Assembly (NCBI RefSeq): GCF_036321535.1
Contig: NC_087436.1
Span: forward strand, 70,186,001 to 70,250,000
Reading direction: 5' to 3'
DNA: 64,000 bases
DNA from: Camelus dromedarius
Taxonomy: Eukaryota
Of the stretch, positions 49,801-61,880 are shown in pieces (position 1 is the stretch's first letter; the number at the start of each line of letters is the position of its first letter). The notes under the pieces are model-generated. The model was not told the origin of the DNA. It searched no databases and saw nothing but the letters and a program-made list of their open reading frames with translations. The translations under genes and the position numbers were made by a program.

Positions 49801-50916
49801 CCTGAGTACTTAAAGTACACATTACTTTAAAAAAATATTGTAGACTCACTCCTGGGTCCCCAACCCATGGCCTCAGCCCCAGCCGCCGCCTCTCGTCGGC
49901 CCCCCTCCCCCAATATCACAGTCCCCAGGCTGTCCCTCCCATTGGCGGCGACCCATGGTCCTAAAGGACCTTCTGTCAGACGAAGTGGAGGTGCAGAGGT
50001 GACCTTCAGTAACTGGGGCAACCCGCCTTTCCCCAGGGACACGAGAGAGAGGAGAGCGTTGGGGACCAGCCTCCTTCCCCACGAACCCAGCCCACGCAGT
50101 GTGTGCGTGAACGTTCCCATCCGCGGGCCGCGAGGTGCGCCGAGGGCCGCCCAGGCCTAGTGCTCCCGCTGCACGGAAAGTCCCAACCCTCCGCAGGGTC
50201 TGGCCTCCCAACTTCACAACCAGCAGGCGGAGAGCGACAAGGATGCGGGGTGGGGGCGTCCACAGCCTCACAAAACCTACCATAGGCCGGCGGGAAACAA
50301 GGCCTCACCATTCACCCCCAGTCACACTTACACTGCCCAACCGACCAGAGACTCGAGAGGAGAACAAAACAAGGAGAAAACCCGAGGCCTGGGAAAGCGT
50401 CCCTTGTTCTGGGGCCCAATAGGAGGACTGGGCGGGCGGGGGTGGGAGGCGGGTGCGGCGCGTGCCGCGGATCCCCGGGCGCGCACGGGAGGCGCACGCG
50501 GAGGGGCGCGGGGGCGCGTGCGCGCGGCCGGGGAAGGGTCCCGCGCGCCACCCCTCTCCGCACCCACGTACCTGGCTGTATCCCCGCGCCGGGCCCGCAG
50601 CCGCCGCCAGCGACTGCGGCAGAAGAGGGGCACGCAGGGCCGAGTAAGAGGCGGCAGCCGCGGCGGCGGCGGAGGGGGCAGGCCCCGCCAGCCTCCCGGC
50701 GGGCGCAGGCCCGGTCTGAAGGCCTCGCGTGTGAGAGGCGGCGGCCGCGGCGGCTCCGAGCAGCAGCAGCAGGCGGCGACGGCCCGAGACGCCAGAGGGG
50801 AAGGACCCAGCGGCCGAGTAGAAGGGCAGGCAGGCGGCGCCGGTGCGCCGGCAGCTGCTGCAGTTGCAGCCACAGCCACGGAGCAGCGCCCCGAGCACCC
50901 AGCGCGTCCCGGCCAT
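40826..50916 (-). CDS. GRSF1: GRSF1 (G-rich RNA sequence binding factor 1), complete spliced CDS of 476 aa, complement join(50572-50916,47976-48132,46770-46925,46234-46377,45453-45588,43592-43776,42546-42667,41241-41376,40826-40875)
   Basis: Exon lengths sum to 1431 nt with consistent phases. N-terminal Arg/Ala-rich mitochondrial presequence ([14 protein letters not shown]...) and three hnRNP H/F-type qRRMs (RAQGLPW, RLRGLPY, HMRGLPF; RYVEV, RYIEIF, RYIELF). Confidence 0.97.
41241..41376 (-). CDS. GRSF1: GRSF1 exon 8 ([45 protein letters not shown])
   Basis: gttcag| acceptor, |gtaagt donor, 136 nt. Confidence 0.95.
42546..42667 (-). CDS. GRSF1: GRSF1 exon 7 ([40 protein letters not shown])
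   Basis: tctcag| acceptor, |gtatgt donor, 122 nt. Confidence 0.95.
43312..43445 (-). mobile_element. Short TcMar-Tigger (MER2-like) MITE in GRSF1 intron 6
   Basis: Terminal inverted repeats cagttggccctccatatc / gatactgagaggcaactg followed by TA; tttgagcattcatggattttggtatcc core. Confidence 0.75.
43592..43776 (-). CDS. GRSF1: GRSF1 exon 6 ([61 protein letters not shown])
   Basis: acatag| acceptor, |gtaagg donor, 185 nt. Confidence 0.95.
44750..45380 (+). mobile_element. Old LINE-1 (L1MC/ME-like) 3' fragment; bounds approximate
   Basis: cagaatgtgagacactatacaggacaactggccc, agagactagaggcataacaatcaaa motifs. Confidence 0.55.
45453..45588 (-). CDS. GRSF1: GRSF1 exon 5 ([45 protein letters not shown])
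   Basis: tcttag| acceptor, |gtaagt donor, 136 nt. Confidence 0.95.
46234..46377 (-). CDS. GRSF1: GRSF1 exon 4 ([47 protein letters not shown])
   Basis: tcttag| acceptor, |gtgttt donor, 144 nt. Confidence 0.95.
46770..46925 (-). CDS. GRSF1: GRSF1 exon 3 ([51 protein letters not shown])
   Basis: tttcag| acceptor, |gtacgt donor, 156 nt. Confidence 0.95.
47976..48132 (-). CDS. GRSF1: GRSF1 exon 2 ([52 protein letters not shown])
   Basis: tggaag| acceptor, |gtatgt donor, 157 nt. Confidence 0.95.
50309..50400 (-). other. GRSF1: Probable alternative first exon (1b) of GRSF1 ending in ATG; 5' end approximate
   Basis: - strand reads GGGGGTGAATG|GTGAGG, a strong donor; the ATG joins exon 2 in frame (MESKTTY...). 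Confidence 0.65.
50572..50916 (-). CDS. GRSF1: GRSF1 exon 1 coding part (mitochondrial targeting and Ala-rich region)
   Basis: ATG at 50916 (tccATGG); donor CAG|gtacgt; 115 codons with no acidic residues. Confidence 0.95.
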
Positions 50917-51457
50917 GGACTCCGGAGGGGGCGCGGGGCCTGAAGGCGGCTGCGGCTGCAGCGCGAGCGGAGGGGAAGTGGAATCCAGGACCGGGGAGGG
51001 GTTGCCGGGCACATGCGCCGCCGGCACCGGGGGCAGCAGCGAGTCGGGAGGAGGCGGAGGAGCTCGCTGCCCCGCCCGGTCTCCGCCCTCGGGGCGGGGC
51101 TGCCCGCGGCCGGGAGGGGCCCGGAGCCGGTACCATCGACTGGCTGTTCTTTCACCTGGTGGAAACGGAGGCCCGAAGAGAACAAGGTTTTTCTGCTTTG
51201 GGGAGAGCTGAGCCCTGGAACGCCGTTCTGCCGACGCGCCGCACTTCCCCCTCAATCTTGTGGTGTGAGGGGCGAAAAAAAAAAGGGCCGTTTCTGGAAA
51301 AAATTGTGATACTCTGATTATAAAAAAAGGTTGGGATAATAATACCGGCGGAGGTTTAAAAATGCTCCCCCCCAGCTGGAGTTATGTGCGGAAGGCCAAA
51401 TTTTTTTTGTTTTAAAATGAAATATTTAGATACTTAATTATATGTTAGTAACGTATA

Positions 51458-51832
51458 CAGGTATTCTCCCGGTGTTGAAAAGTTCACTCTAGGTCACTTC
51501 GTTTTCAAGAAGGACCCGTATTAGTAACTGTTTCCACTGTGGAAAGAAATGTGATTTTCACTTTTATGGGAAAAAGTGAACATTGGAAATAGCATTCAGC
51601 GCTTGTTTTGCAGCTGCCGTGACAGAGGCTGCGGTGGCACCACCAAGCTCCCTCCTGGGAGAATATACATTCAGCATCTCCCTGCCATAGCTTTGAACTG
51701 TATCCTTGAGCATCTGTGTTTTACCTCCCTAACAAGACGTGTTGTAGGGTAATTGCTTCCTCACTTTATGCCATTTTGGCTTCCAGGAGGTTTCATAGGA
51801 ACGCTCTGATTTCGGATAGTGGGTGAAACCTG
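51458..51832. mobile_element. TcMar-Tigger-type DNA transposon remnant just upstream of GRSF1
   Basis: TA-CAGGT...ACCTG termini with imperfect inverted repeats (caggtattctcccggtgttgaaa vs reverse complement caggtttcacccactatccgaaa). Confidence 0.6.
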
Positions 51833-52228
51833 TGTAACAAAGATTAAAGCCTCCCCTGAGGATTTAGTGTATTCACAAGAGGACAGGCAGAGGTTTGCTG
51901 AAGGACTGGTTGTGCAGTTTTTCTCCTCCTATGGCCAGGACCTGTCTCAATTTAGTAGGCAAAAGGGAGTTCGGAGAGTGAAAAATAGAAAGAGCCAAAA
52001 ATTTAAAGCTTTTTATTGTGGAAAAACTCGAAGAAAAATATAATGAACTAGAATTTCAAAAATTATCAACATTTTTCATTCTTGTTTCATCTGTCTTGAC
52101 CACCACCCCCCATTTTTTTTCTTTACTGGAATATTTTAAAGCAAACCCCCCAAATCATGTCAGTCACCTTTTCAGTATTCATCTTAAACTGATAATGACT
52201 TTTTTTAAAATGAAATTTAGATTAGTTA

Positions 52229-52600
52229 CGTTAAAAAAGAAACTGAACTGAGTAAAATGTAAAGATCTTATTGGCTTTATTCAACGATTATGCATTGGGC
52301 AGCGTCCCACCTAGCAGGTAAAAAGGAGCTCCCAGAAACTGTACAAAAAGAAAGACTTGTGTAGGCAGAAGAAGGTAGAAAAAGGAAGTTATACTAGCAA
52401 AAGTAGACTGGGTGTGGTAAGGTCACTTTGTTTTAGGGTATTGTAGGGGATCTATCAGGCAGATTACATCACTAGTGCTGACCAAGCAATTCCTGATTGG
52501 CTAGTTTAATATTCTATTTCTGGGAAAGCCCAAAAGTGTAATTAGGTTTGGAAACATTGGGCTTAGCATAAGTGACTCCATTTTGGAATTGTTTTTAACA
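52229..52600 (-). mobile_element. Solo ERV1-class LTR (~370 bp)
   Basis: - strand begins TGTTAAAAACAATTCCAAAATGGAGTCAC, contains CCAATCAG and AATAAA, ends TTTAACG (inverted terminus); near-identical 4-bp flanks gtta/gttg. Confidence 0.75.
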
Positions 52601-53519
52601 GTTGGTTTAAAGCATTCAATATTATTGCATTTAAAGTTTGAGTTATTTATTCTGGCCTACTTTTAGGGAAAGGGAAGTTCAGTATTTCCTAGATAACCCT
52701 TTCTTCCCCCCAAAAAGTGAAGAACAGGAAAAAATCTGATTGGCTTGACTCTATGGACCTGGAGTATCAAAGAGAAGGGGTTTTCTTCTGCAAGAACTAG
52801 GAATCTTAGAGATTGTTTTTTCTTAAATCTCCCATTCAAGAAGGAAAACGGGTTAGCCCTTCCTATCAGATTATCACTACAAATCACAGTTTATGGATAT
52901 GTTAGGAATTCTGCCCATATTTACTCTTGCCTTCATTTTCTTGATAGCCAAAGCCATCATCTATATTGTCTACATCGGAATGGATTAGAAACCTAAATAC
53001 ATAAAGTGAAATCTTACAGAGTGTAATTAGGAGTAACACCAAATTATCAAAATGGGAAGCTTTAATTTTTATTTAGAGGAAGTTGGGAGAATATAACAGA
53101 GACAAGAAACTAACTTTGAACAATTATTTATTTACTATTCATTTTTTACTACATACTATTCATTACTATTCATTTTTGTGTTCCAGGCACTGTGCTATGC
53201 TCTTTGCTTTCAAGGGTATAATAATAGGCTTACAGACTAAATATCAAAATGATGTTTAGATTTATATATGTCCAGATTATCTGAAGAGAGAATAGCAAAT
53301 TTTGTAAATTGAAACTAATGACTTATGGAACACCAGGTTTTAAAAGTTGTGTTAATAAATGTTATTTTAAACCCAAATAACTATAACTAGCCCTCTTTAG
53401 TGCTAAATTTTATTATGGACATAAAAGGCTCTCTTGAACAAACAATTTACATTAACAGACTTTTTGAGTAGGGTGGTGACAATGGAGATGAGAAAAGGGA
53501 AGCCTCGAGAGGTTTTTTT

Positions 53520-54370
53520 TTTTTTTTAAGGAGGTAGAATCAACAGGATTTGAGGCAGGTTAGAAAGGGAGGATAGTGTTTTCTGTTATTTTACTGTTAT
53601 TTAGAGTTGGGAGGGACAGATGGCAATGATTTTTCACCTATGGGAAAGTTTAGAATTCAATATAGATATATTGGAAGCAAATCAACCCCATTTTGGGTTA
53701 AGCCAGAGAAGTCTGTCCTAGAAATATTCATTCAGGAGTTGTCAGTATAAATGAAGCTGTTGGTTTGAATGGAATAGCTAGGACCAAGCATAGAATGGAG
53801 GCGAGAAGGCCTCAGAGTAAGGCATGAGGTGAATGAATGCCCTGTGGAGGAAAGTGAATTTGCAGAGAGAGAAAGGGTCAACAAGAAAGTTAAGAGTAAG
53901 GAGAGCTGACGGAGTATTTCTGGAAAGAGGTAGGGAATATTCAACAGTGTCAAGTCCTTGCTAAGATAAGTACTTACTCATCAAGTGATATGAGAACAGG
54001 AAAAGATGTCTTGGATTTAGTGACCTTATCCACAATTGTTTGGGGGTAGTGACACCAGAGGCCACAATATAGCAAATGTGAAGAAATGGAGATGATGGAC
54101 GTGCAAAGTAAGTTTGATTTTGTAGGTGAAAAAAGGATAAGGCAGTAAAGATGCATAGATCAAAAGCAGGGTTTTTTTGCTTTGTTTGGATTAAACTGGG
54201 TGAGAGTAAAGCATGTTGAAATGATGGTGGGAAAGGATTCAGGTGATAAAGGATTTAAGTAACCAGAAGAAAATAGGTATAATGGCGTGTGGGTTCCTAG
54301 AAGGCAAAAGAAGAGAGGTGCCAAAGCTCAGATGCAGAGATTAGCTTTATACAGGAGAGAGCGCCTCCAC
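53520..54370 (+). mobile_element. Degenerate LINE-2 fragment (bounds approximate)
   Basis: Purine-rich L2-like motifs (ggaggtagaatcaacaggatttg, caggagttgtcagtataaatg, ggatttagtgacctt). Confidence 0.55.
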
Positions 54371-55855
54371 CTCTTCTATGGTAAACTAATCATAAAGCAT
54401 ATTGTTCTCCTGGTATGGTCACTCACCACTTCTACATTACTAAATACAGAGTAGCACTGCAGGATGTCATCCTGCTTCTCTGACAAAAATTTCTGAGGTA
54501 GAACTCATCTAAATTATGGAAAGAAACACTCTGGATTTGGGAGAGAATAAGGAGAAGGAAGGAGAAAAACAACCACCTCCATCGCTAGGAAAGAATGTTC
54601 AAAGAAGCCTTCTTAGCTCCAAAGAGCACATGATTAGGAGCTGGGAGAGAAGCTGGCAGGGGACGATTGCTCTGGTTACTAATAAATAAATGAAGGAACT
54701 CATTTTATTGTCTGTGCCCCTCAATTCTTAGAGGTGAACATACTTTTCCTCTGATATGCAATGAGGTTGGGTTAATCTCAAAGGATCCCACCCCACAGCG
54801 GTCTTTGCATTTGAAAGAAACAAAAAATCATGAACCATGGATGTCAATAAGCCTAGGGTGGCAAAAGGAAAAGGAATTGAAGTCAAGCACCATAAAGAAA
54901 TGGTGCCCATTTGTGTAACCTGTGATTAAGGTGCTATTCATCATCCAAGATTAAAGGAAAAAGTTTATTACGTTGAACAGATACAAGGAAACTTCAGGAA
55001 TTTGAGCTACCAGTTACTTCCAAGGAAAGGTGCATTTTATCACCACTATCGCTGCTTCATTCTTTTATCTGACAAGAAGAACTCATCCACTGGATCCACA
55101 AGCTCAAAGATTTTTTTTTTTGCTGCAGTGATGTGTTTCTTAGGTTAGCTTTGTCACTCGGTCTATACTCACTATTAACAAGTCCATGCTAACCGATTTT
55201 TACCTCCCATAGATTGCATGTGGTAAACCTTTCTGTGATAGAATAAAAATAATAATCATAATATTTATGCTTGACACATGACAGACCAATAAACCTCTAA
55301 ATACTGCAGCTTCTTCATGAATTAAAATTAGCTTGTTAAAATTAAAATAGGTATCTGGGAAAGAGCAGCTAGTTTATTGTTTAAATGAAATACATTGTCA
55401 AGAGATAGTAGTTTAAATAAAAATAAAATGATTATTTTATATTAGTAGTACATTTTTTCCCCATGGTAAATATTTTTAAATGAACAAGACTGGAAATGTG
55501 AACTATATTCCTGAGGGAATTATCAGACTACAATGTCAACACTATTATTACAAGGAACTGATTTACTCCAGATAGATGAGGCAGTCACAAAACTGAATTC
55601 TCTACGGATGCTGAGTCGGTACTACTGTGTAAAGCTTACACTGAGGATATTTGGACATTGGAATGATGGGCTGTGGCATCCTCTGGCCATATTTACAAAG
55701 ATCAGGTGGTAGTGTTTTTGATTAGTCCTAGCTACTGAAAAGTAGTCACATCAGCTGGCTTTTCCTAGGCAGGCAAAAGCTAGGGTGCAACAGAGCCAAG
55801 GCCCTGAGCATCAACTGACACACAAAATACAAAATAACCAAGCCTTTGTTACTAG

Positions 55856-55948
55856 GCCTCATTCTGAATAATCTCTGCACATGCGTGTGCCTCATTCTGA
55901 ATAATCTCTGCGCACACAAGCGCACAAACACACACACACACACACACA
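55856..55948. repeat. 23-bp direct repeat (period 33) followed by (CA)n microsatellite
   Basis: gcctcattctgaataatctctgc at 55856-55878 and 55889-55911. Confidence 0.9.
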
Positions 55949-58900
55949 GGTTTGCTTCTACCCACTGTCTTCTAGTCTTCCAGTTCTCCTCAGATATGTT
56001 ACCAGTTTCTTGTGTATCCTTTCCATGATGGTCTGTGCAGTGTTTCATCACTTTTAAATTTGGTGATTCTGCTGTACTTGGGATTTTGACAAGTTCTCAC
56101 CTGCTATGAAAGGATGTTCTGAAGACACTGTGTTTCTAAACTGAGAGGAAAAGGAAGCACAATAGACAAATGAGATTCTGTGTCAAAAGAAACAAAGGAC
56201 ACGGGGTGGGGGGGGAGGCATGAAAGAAAGGTAAATATGCTATGATATTTGGAATAATTTTTCCCTCTTTAACAATAGCTTAATTAGGAAAAGCATAAGA
56301 CTTCAGAGTCAGACTCTGATAAAATCCTGGTTACATCACTGCCGCACTTTGGTCATTACTTAATCTCTGAGCTTTGTTTACCTAAGTTAAAAAATAGAGA
56401 CAATATATTGAGTTACCTGGCACCAGGAAGAAACTAGTAAGTGGTGACAATTATTATTTTCTTAGACATTGTCTAAAGGAAATGGTTATTGTTGTATTTT
56501 AATTCTGTTTCTTTCCTCTGATTCCACCTCAGTATTTATTTATTTTTTAATTGAAATATAATTGGCATATAGCTACCTCAAAATTTATTTGTTATTAATG
56601 TAGCCAAGGACTTAAGGCAGTCTCCTCCCCAGGAAAATATATTTTTCTTCAAAATAAATTATATAGAATTAGAAAACACCAAGCTGAAGGCTAAGCTCTC
56701 AGGGACTGATCAAGTATATCCTAGGGTCTAGGGCAGATACATACCCTACTGGTCTGAAGGACAGCAGAGGAATGAGATTCACCACTGTAAAAAGAGCTTG
56801 GAAGTACCTGTTTCATATATACTATATTTAGTCTGTTTTCCCCACTACATTTAAAACAAGGGTCTGTATCATAAAATCCTTATATCTACCTACCTATTCA
56901 CCTATCTGTATAATACATATATATGAATGTGTATCTATATATGTAACATATGGATGCATAATGCAGATCTACACAATTTTTTGCTAATAATCAGTATTCA
57001 ATAAATATTTATTGAATTAAAATCAGAAGACTTTTTATATGTATATATATGTGTATGTGTTTGGGTTAAGGGATACAATGCTGGGTTTATAAGTAACATT
57101 TCTATATGGACTAGAAGTGACAAAAATGAAAAAGCCAAAGTGAACATTGTATAGGATATTTTTCCAGTAAATATATAAACCTATATTTTCTAATAATCTT
57201 CATATGTATTTTTAATTTGGCTGTATTTGTAGGCTCCATTTATAACAAACACTTACTGGAGGCTGCTATAAGTACACATATGGTTCCTATTCCATTCTTA
57301 CAACTTCATGGACATCTTTGTGAGCTTCTAGGTCTACTCTCCATTTAGAATTTGTATGCTAGACAGTTTTTCAATAGGGTCCCCCACAATTTGTTTGTTT
57401 TTCCTCTACAATTTCTGTTGGTAACAGTTATCTTGAAGGCTGACCATGTATCTGACCTCATGCTTTAGGAAGATCATGGAGTTAGGCGTGATCTATTCTG
57501 AGGGTCATTAATTTCAGAAATATTTACTAATGCACTTTTTGGTACTAGACACTGAGAAATATTTAATGAAAGTAGCCCCTACTTACAAGTCTCTCACAGT
57601 CTAGTAAGGAAGATGGATAAGAAAATTATCAATTGCAACACATTGCATTTGCTGCAATAATGAGATATATTAGGATAACACTGGACTTCAAAAGGACATT
57701 TTCACACTCTTATAGATCAAAGACCATTTCAAGAGAGTTGACACCAAAGTTGGAACTTGAAGGAACCAATAAAGATCAGCAAAATGAAGGGAATGCTGTC
57801 CTAGTCAGAGGGAGCAGTTTTTACACAACCTCCGAAGCATAAGAAGATCTAGAGAATTGAAGGAATTGCAAATGGTTTGTGGCAAGAATGCCAACATAGT
57901 GGGAATGCTGAAAAGATGAATAGAAGTCAGATCATTAAAAAGCCTTATACATGCACCATAAGGAACTTGAACTTTCTCTGGAAGATAATGCGGTTCCCAC
58001 TGAAGCAGGAAAGTGACATAAGCAGATTTGCATTTAGAGATGTGGCTCTGGCAATAGTTTGGAAAACAAATTGCAGGAGGACAAGAGATCAGAAGTTACT
58101 TGGGGGCAAACACAGTAATTCACAGGAGAAATAAGGAGTGCCAAGGCCATGAGAGCCACTCCAAGAGCCGTTTAGACTGTCTATGGCAATCTTACTATCC
58201 TGAAAGCATCCTCTGTAAGCCTTATGGCAGCCCTGGGCAGAAGTTGCCAGGGAACGGTCAAACTGAAGGACCTAACAGACATATATCAAAAGTAAAAGCT
58301 TTAACCCTAGTTGTCACAAACTGGGGAAATATCAAACCAAAAGAGTAGCTTTTACTATGTCAGAGGGTCATAAAGTCTTTGGATAGAAAAAAATGTTAAA
58401 GTTATTGAGAGATTCTGAGCCAATGTTTGAATCCCTTTACAACATCCCTGCCAAGTGGGGATCAGCCCATGTCAAATAACTCCAATGAGAACAGTTCACT
58501 ATTCCCTAAGAAAGGTCACAGACATTTTCTCTCATTTTAGAAAGAAAAAACAGGAAACTTTTTAGGGACTTGCTAGCCAAGATTCCAGGTGATATCCAGA
58601 TTTTCCATTGACTTCACTTGCACTCTCTCTTCCTGAATTTCATGTCTGTATAGTGATGCATAATTTATATGCAGGGCTGATTTTATCGGAAGGTAATAAA
58701 AGGAAGCTATTCCCTAAGTAATGTCATTCTGGGGGCCAGGAAGCAAAGCTTCTTCTCCCTCCATCACCTCCAACCCAAGCTATCATAGAGTCCCAATCCC
58801 ACCATTAGCATTTCTGAAGAAATGGCATGTTAAACTAAGTCACACTAGGATGTTAATGACATATCAGATAGATTTCATCCTGACATTGGGAACCCTGAGA

Positions 58901-59580
58901 AGTATAGAACCAGTAGCAAAGGAAAGAGCACTAAAAGTGGAGAAGAGAAAAAAAATACTAGGGCAAGATAAGCCAGAGGTTCCCAGTGGTCCACAGATAG
59001 AGGTGCTTGGTTGATGCATAACACAGACATGGAATATATTCAAAATACTGTTTTTAGGACTCCTCATATTTTCTTGTCACCATAGATCTGGAGTGGGTTT
59101 CTGGGCATTTCTGATATGCAGCTAAATTTAGGAACTATTAGCTGTGAAGCCATATAAAAATACCCAAACAACATGAACCTCATCTCATAAACACACAAAA
59201 TCAATGTTTCTATTCTGCTGAGGGCCATTTTGGTTTGTTCATACAAAGCTCTTGTTCTAAAGTTTATAAGATAAAGGTTATGAGGAGAGTCATTGGTACA
59301 TTTGGTGCCTGATGAAATGTGCCACTGACTTTTTAAAAAAAGTTTCTAAAGTCTACTTCAACAACAGTAGGCTTTCAATGAGCAGAACCATGGTGGCGAA
59401 TACAGAATGATACAAAACAGTCTTTAAAACTTCTTTTAGCTATTGCAACATTTATGTCTCTTTGGATGAGAATTTTATGAATTTGTAGCAGACATTAAGT
59501 CACTGGGCTCACAATACCTTTTGAAGTAAGTGGCAAGTTTTAGCGCTGATGTTTCTTATGAAAATGGACAAAGGAGGTCA

Positions 59581-59644
59581 AAATGCATTGTTATGATAGC
59601 ACAGTGATTAAAAAATGCATTGTTATGATAGCGCAGTGATTAAA
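59581..59644. repeat. Tandem duplication of a 32-bp unit
   Basis: aaatgcattgttatgatagc(a/g)cagtgattaaa twice, one mismatch. Confidence 0.9.
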
Positions 59645-60809
59645 AAAGTCACAATTATCGCTGAAGCATTCAGATCTAAGGTATAAAAACAATAATTAGC
59701 ATTTGTTCATCACTTTACGGTTTATAAAATTCATTTGCATATTTGATTCTTCTAAGAATTCTATAACATAAGGAGGATAGGCATTGGGATGTCAATTTTA
59801 TAGATGAAGATGTCTCAAGACTCAAAGTGTGAGGGATTTTCCCAAGGTTTAGACAAGTGTTGTAAGTTTTTTTTTTTTAATCCTGTTATGAGGTAGAATG
59901 TAATAGATTGTTTCCTGTTTTCTAAAAAATTCTAGTAAAAATATCTTATAATAATTTACAATTTATACAAAGACTTATTTAATTACTTCTGGACATGTAG
60001 TAAACAATAAAATAACTACTTTTATTGAGTACCTACTCTGAGCTAAGCATTGTGTCAGGTGTGTAAATTAACTCTAATTCTCATAACAGTGCTATAAGAT
60101 GTTAAGATGTTATCTCATTTTGCAAAAGAGGAAATTGAGACTTAAAAAGGTTATGTGAGGTGCCCAATGATTAACAACTAATGAGTTGCAAAGTCAGCAA
60201 ACTCCCATCCCTCTGATTGCAAACTTCTTTTCGTTATACCTTTCTTAAATGATTATAAAGATGTTTACTTACAGTCATCAGTTTTTAGTCCCTTTAGAAT
60301 TACTCATTTATACACATGCAGTGTTAGCTCATTCATTTGTACAACCATACATACCGCAGACAATTTTTTTTTCCCAGATAGAGTATTTCTAGAACCTAGA
60401 CATTACCTTGGTACTAGATATAAAAAGGAGAAAGAATATGTCTATACAGAACTTGTAGGCCAGCCTAGGAACTGTATCAGTGAACAAATAACTAGAATAT
60501 GAAGTGTGAATACTGCTTGGGAATGTCTACAAAGCACTTTATCAACTAATAGGAAGCCGTCACTGCCTTAGCTGTGATATTTTAATATTTAAACTATTAA
60601 ATCAAACCTTCAGTGGAAAATATTTAGTTGGCTTATTTAATATTGTGTAATGTACTTAAAAATAATTTTAAAAAGTAGACTTAAAAAAATTATTTTCCTT
60701 CTAAAGTGGAAATTCCAGAATAGACTCAAATAGTAGGTAAACACTCCGAAGCAAACAGAGGTTTGTATAAGCACTGATGTGGCTAGAGCAATTTTCTCAG
60801 TTTAATACT

Positions 60810-61880
60810 TGTAACTACTACAGATCTCACTTTTACTCCTGGTCACATGGTTGTAGCTGATATAACTACTATTAATTCCATAGTCCCTTTGCCCTCAGCA
60901 AGCGTCTCACATAGCCATCGTCCTTGCCTGGTAAGATGACCCAACCCTTCATTTGTGAAGAGTCTGGGTCATTAGCAGTTCTACCTGAACTGGGTTGTTG
61001 TAGCTTCTTTCTTGAGTTAAATCGTAGGACATGGGAGTAGCAAGAGCACTTTGGGAGATTTCCCACAATCCAAACATACTCTTCCTTACCCCACTGTGCA
61101 ATAGTAACCCAACTTCCCCTTGATAGTCAGAATCAATCACCACAGTAAGCACACTGAACCTGCTTTGCCTGTTGATTCATCAGTGTGAGGAGCTCAAAGT
61201 GGCTGGGAGGCAGTCTCAGCTTCCAGCTTAATGGAACCAATATTTGGTCCTCTAGTGAAAGCATTCCTCCCTTTAGAAGTAAGATGACTATACTAACAGA
61301 ACCTAAAGTCGCAGGGATAGGAAGCAAAAAGTTTGCTAGTGGATCACTAGGGATCATGATGAAAAAAGCCACTCCTATTCTCACCCCCTTAATTCCCAGA
61401 CCTATGAATCCCAGCTACAGGAGAAAGAACACCATCTATACCATTATCTGATTTAGAGCATGGACTGTCTCCTGGAGGACAGTGCCACAGCTGCACAAGC
61501 TATGCCTACATCACTTAGCCAGTGCTATCTGTGATTCTTCAAAAAGCCATCCCACTATTCTGTCAAGCCAGTGGTGTTATGAAGGGGGGCAGGGTAAGTG
61601 AATTCTATGAGCATAGTCCCCTCATTTCTATGGAAAGACTTCCTTTGTCAGAAGTGATAGTATACAGAATACCATGACAATGGATAAGGCACTCCATAAA
61701 TCCATGGATGGTGGTTTTGGTACAAACTTCACGTGCAGAGAAGGAAAATCTATAGATAAAGTAAGTATCTATTCCTTTGAGAACAAAGTACTGCCCCTCC
61801 CATGATGGAAATGGTCCAACAAAATAAATCTGCCCCCATATAGCTGACAGATCCCCCTCAGAGAGTGGTTCTGTATAAAG
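60810..61880 (-). mobile_element. ERV-L internal remnant (degenerate integrase and dUTPase)
   Basis: Frameshifted peptides DPLANFLLPIPATL...VPLSWKLRLPPSHF...QQAK and VIDSDYQGEVGLLLH resemble the ERV-L dUTPase that follows pol. Confidence 0.8.

Larger units (their letters stand above)
49860..51260. promoter_or_regulatory. CpG island and GRSF1 promoter with multiple GC boxes
   Basis: Abrupt very GC- and CpG-rich block in an AT-rich background, spanning GRSF1 exon 1; several GGGCGG motifs (e.g. GGGGCGGGGC at 51091-51100). Confidence 0.9.

Noticed and set aside
49827..51317. Many long overlapping ORFs on both strands (up to 316 aa), including an in-frame extension upstream of the GRSF1 ATG
   Set aside because: Stop codons are rare in a GC-rich CpG island. 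Only 50572-50916 has splice and homology support. The extension starts at a non-ATG codon, probably upstream of the TSS.
55856..59644. Short direct repeats (23 bp and 32 bp) considered as CRISPR-like or regulatory arrays
   Set aside because: Only two copies each, unrelated to one another, in mammalian DNA; ordinary local tandem duplications
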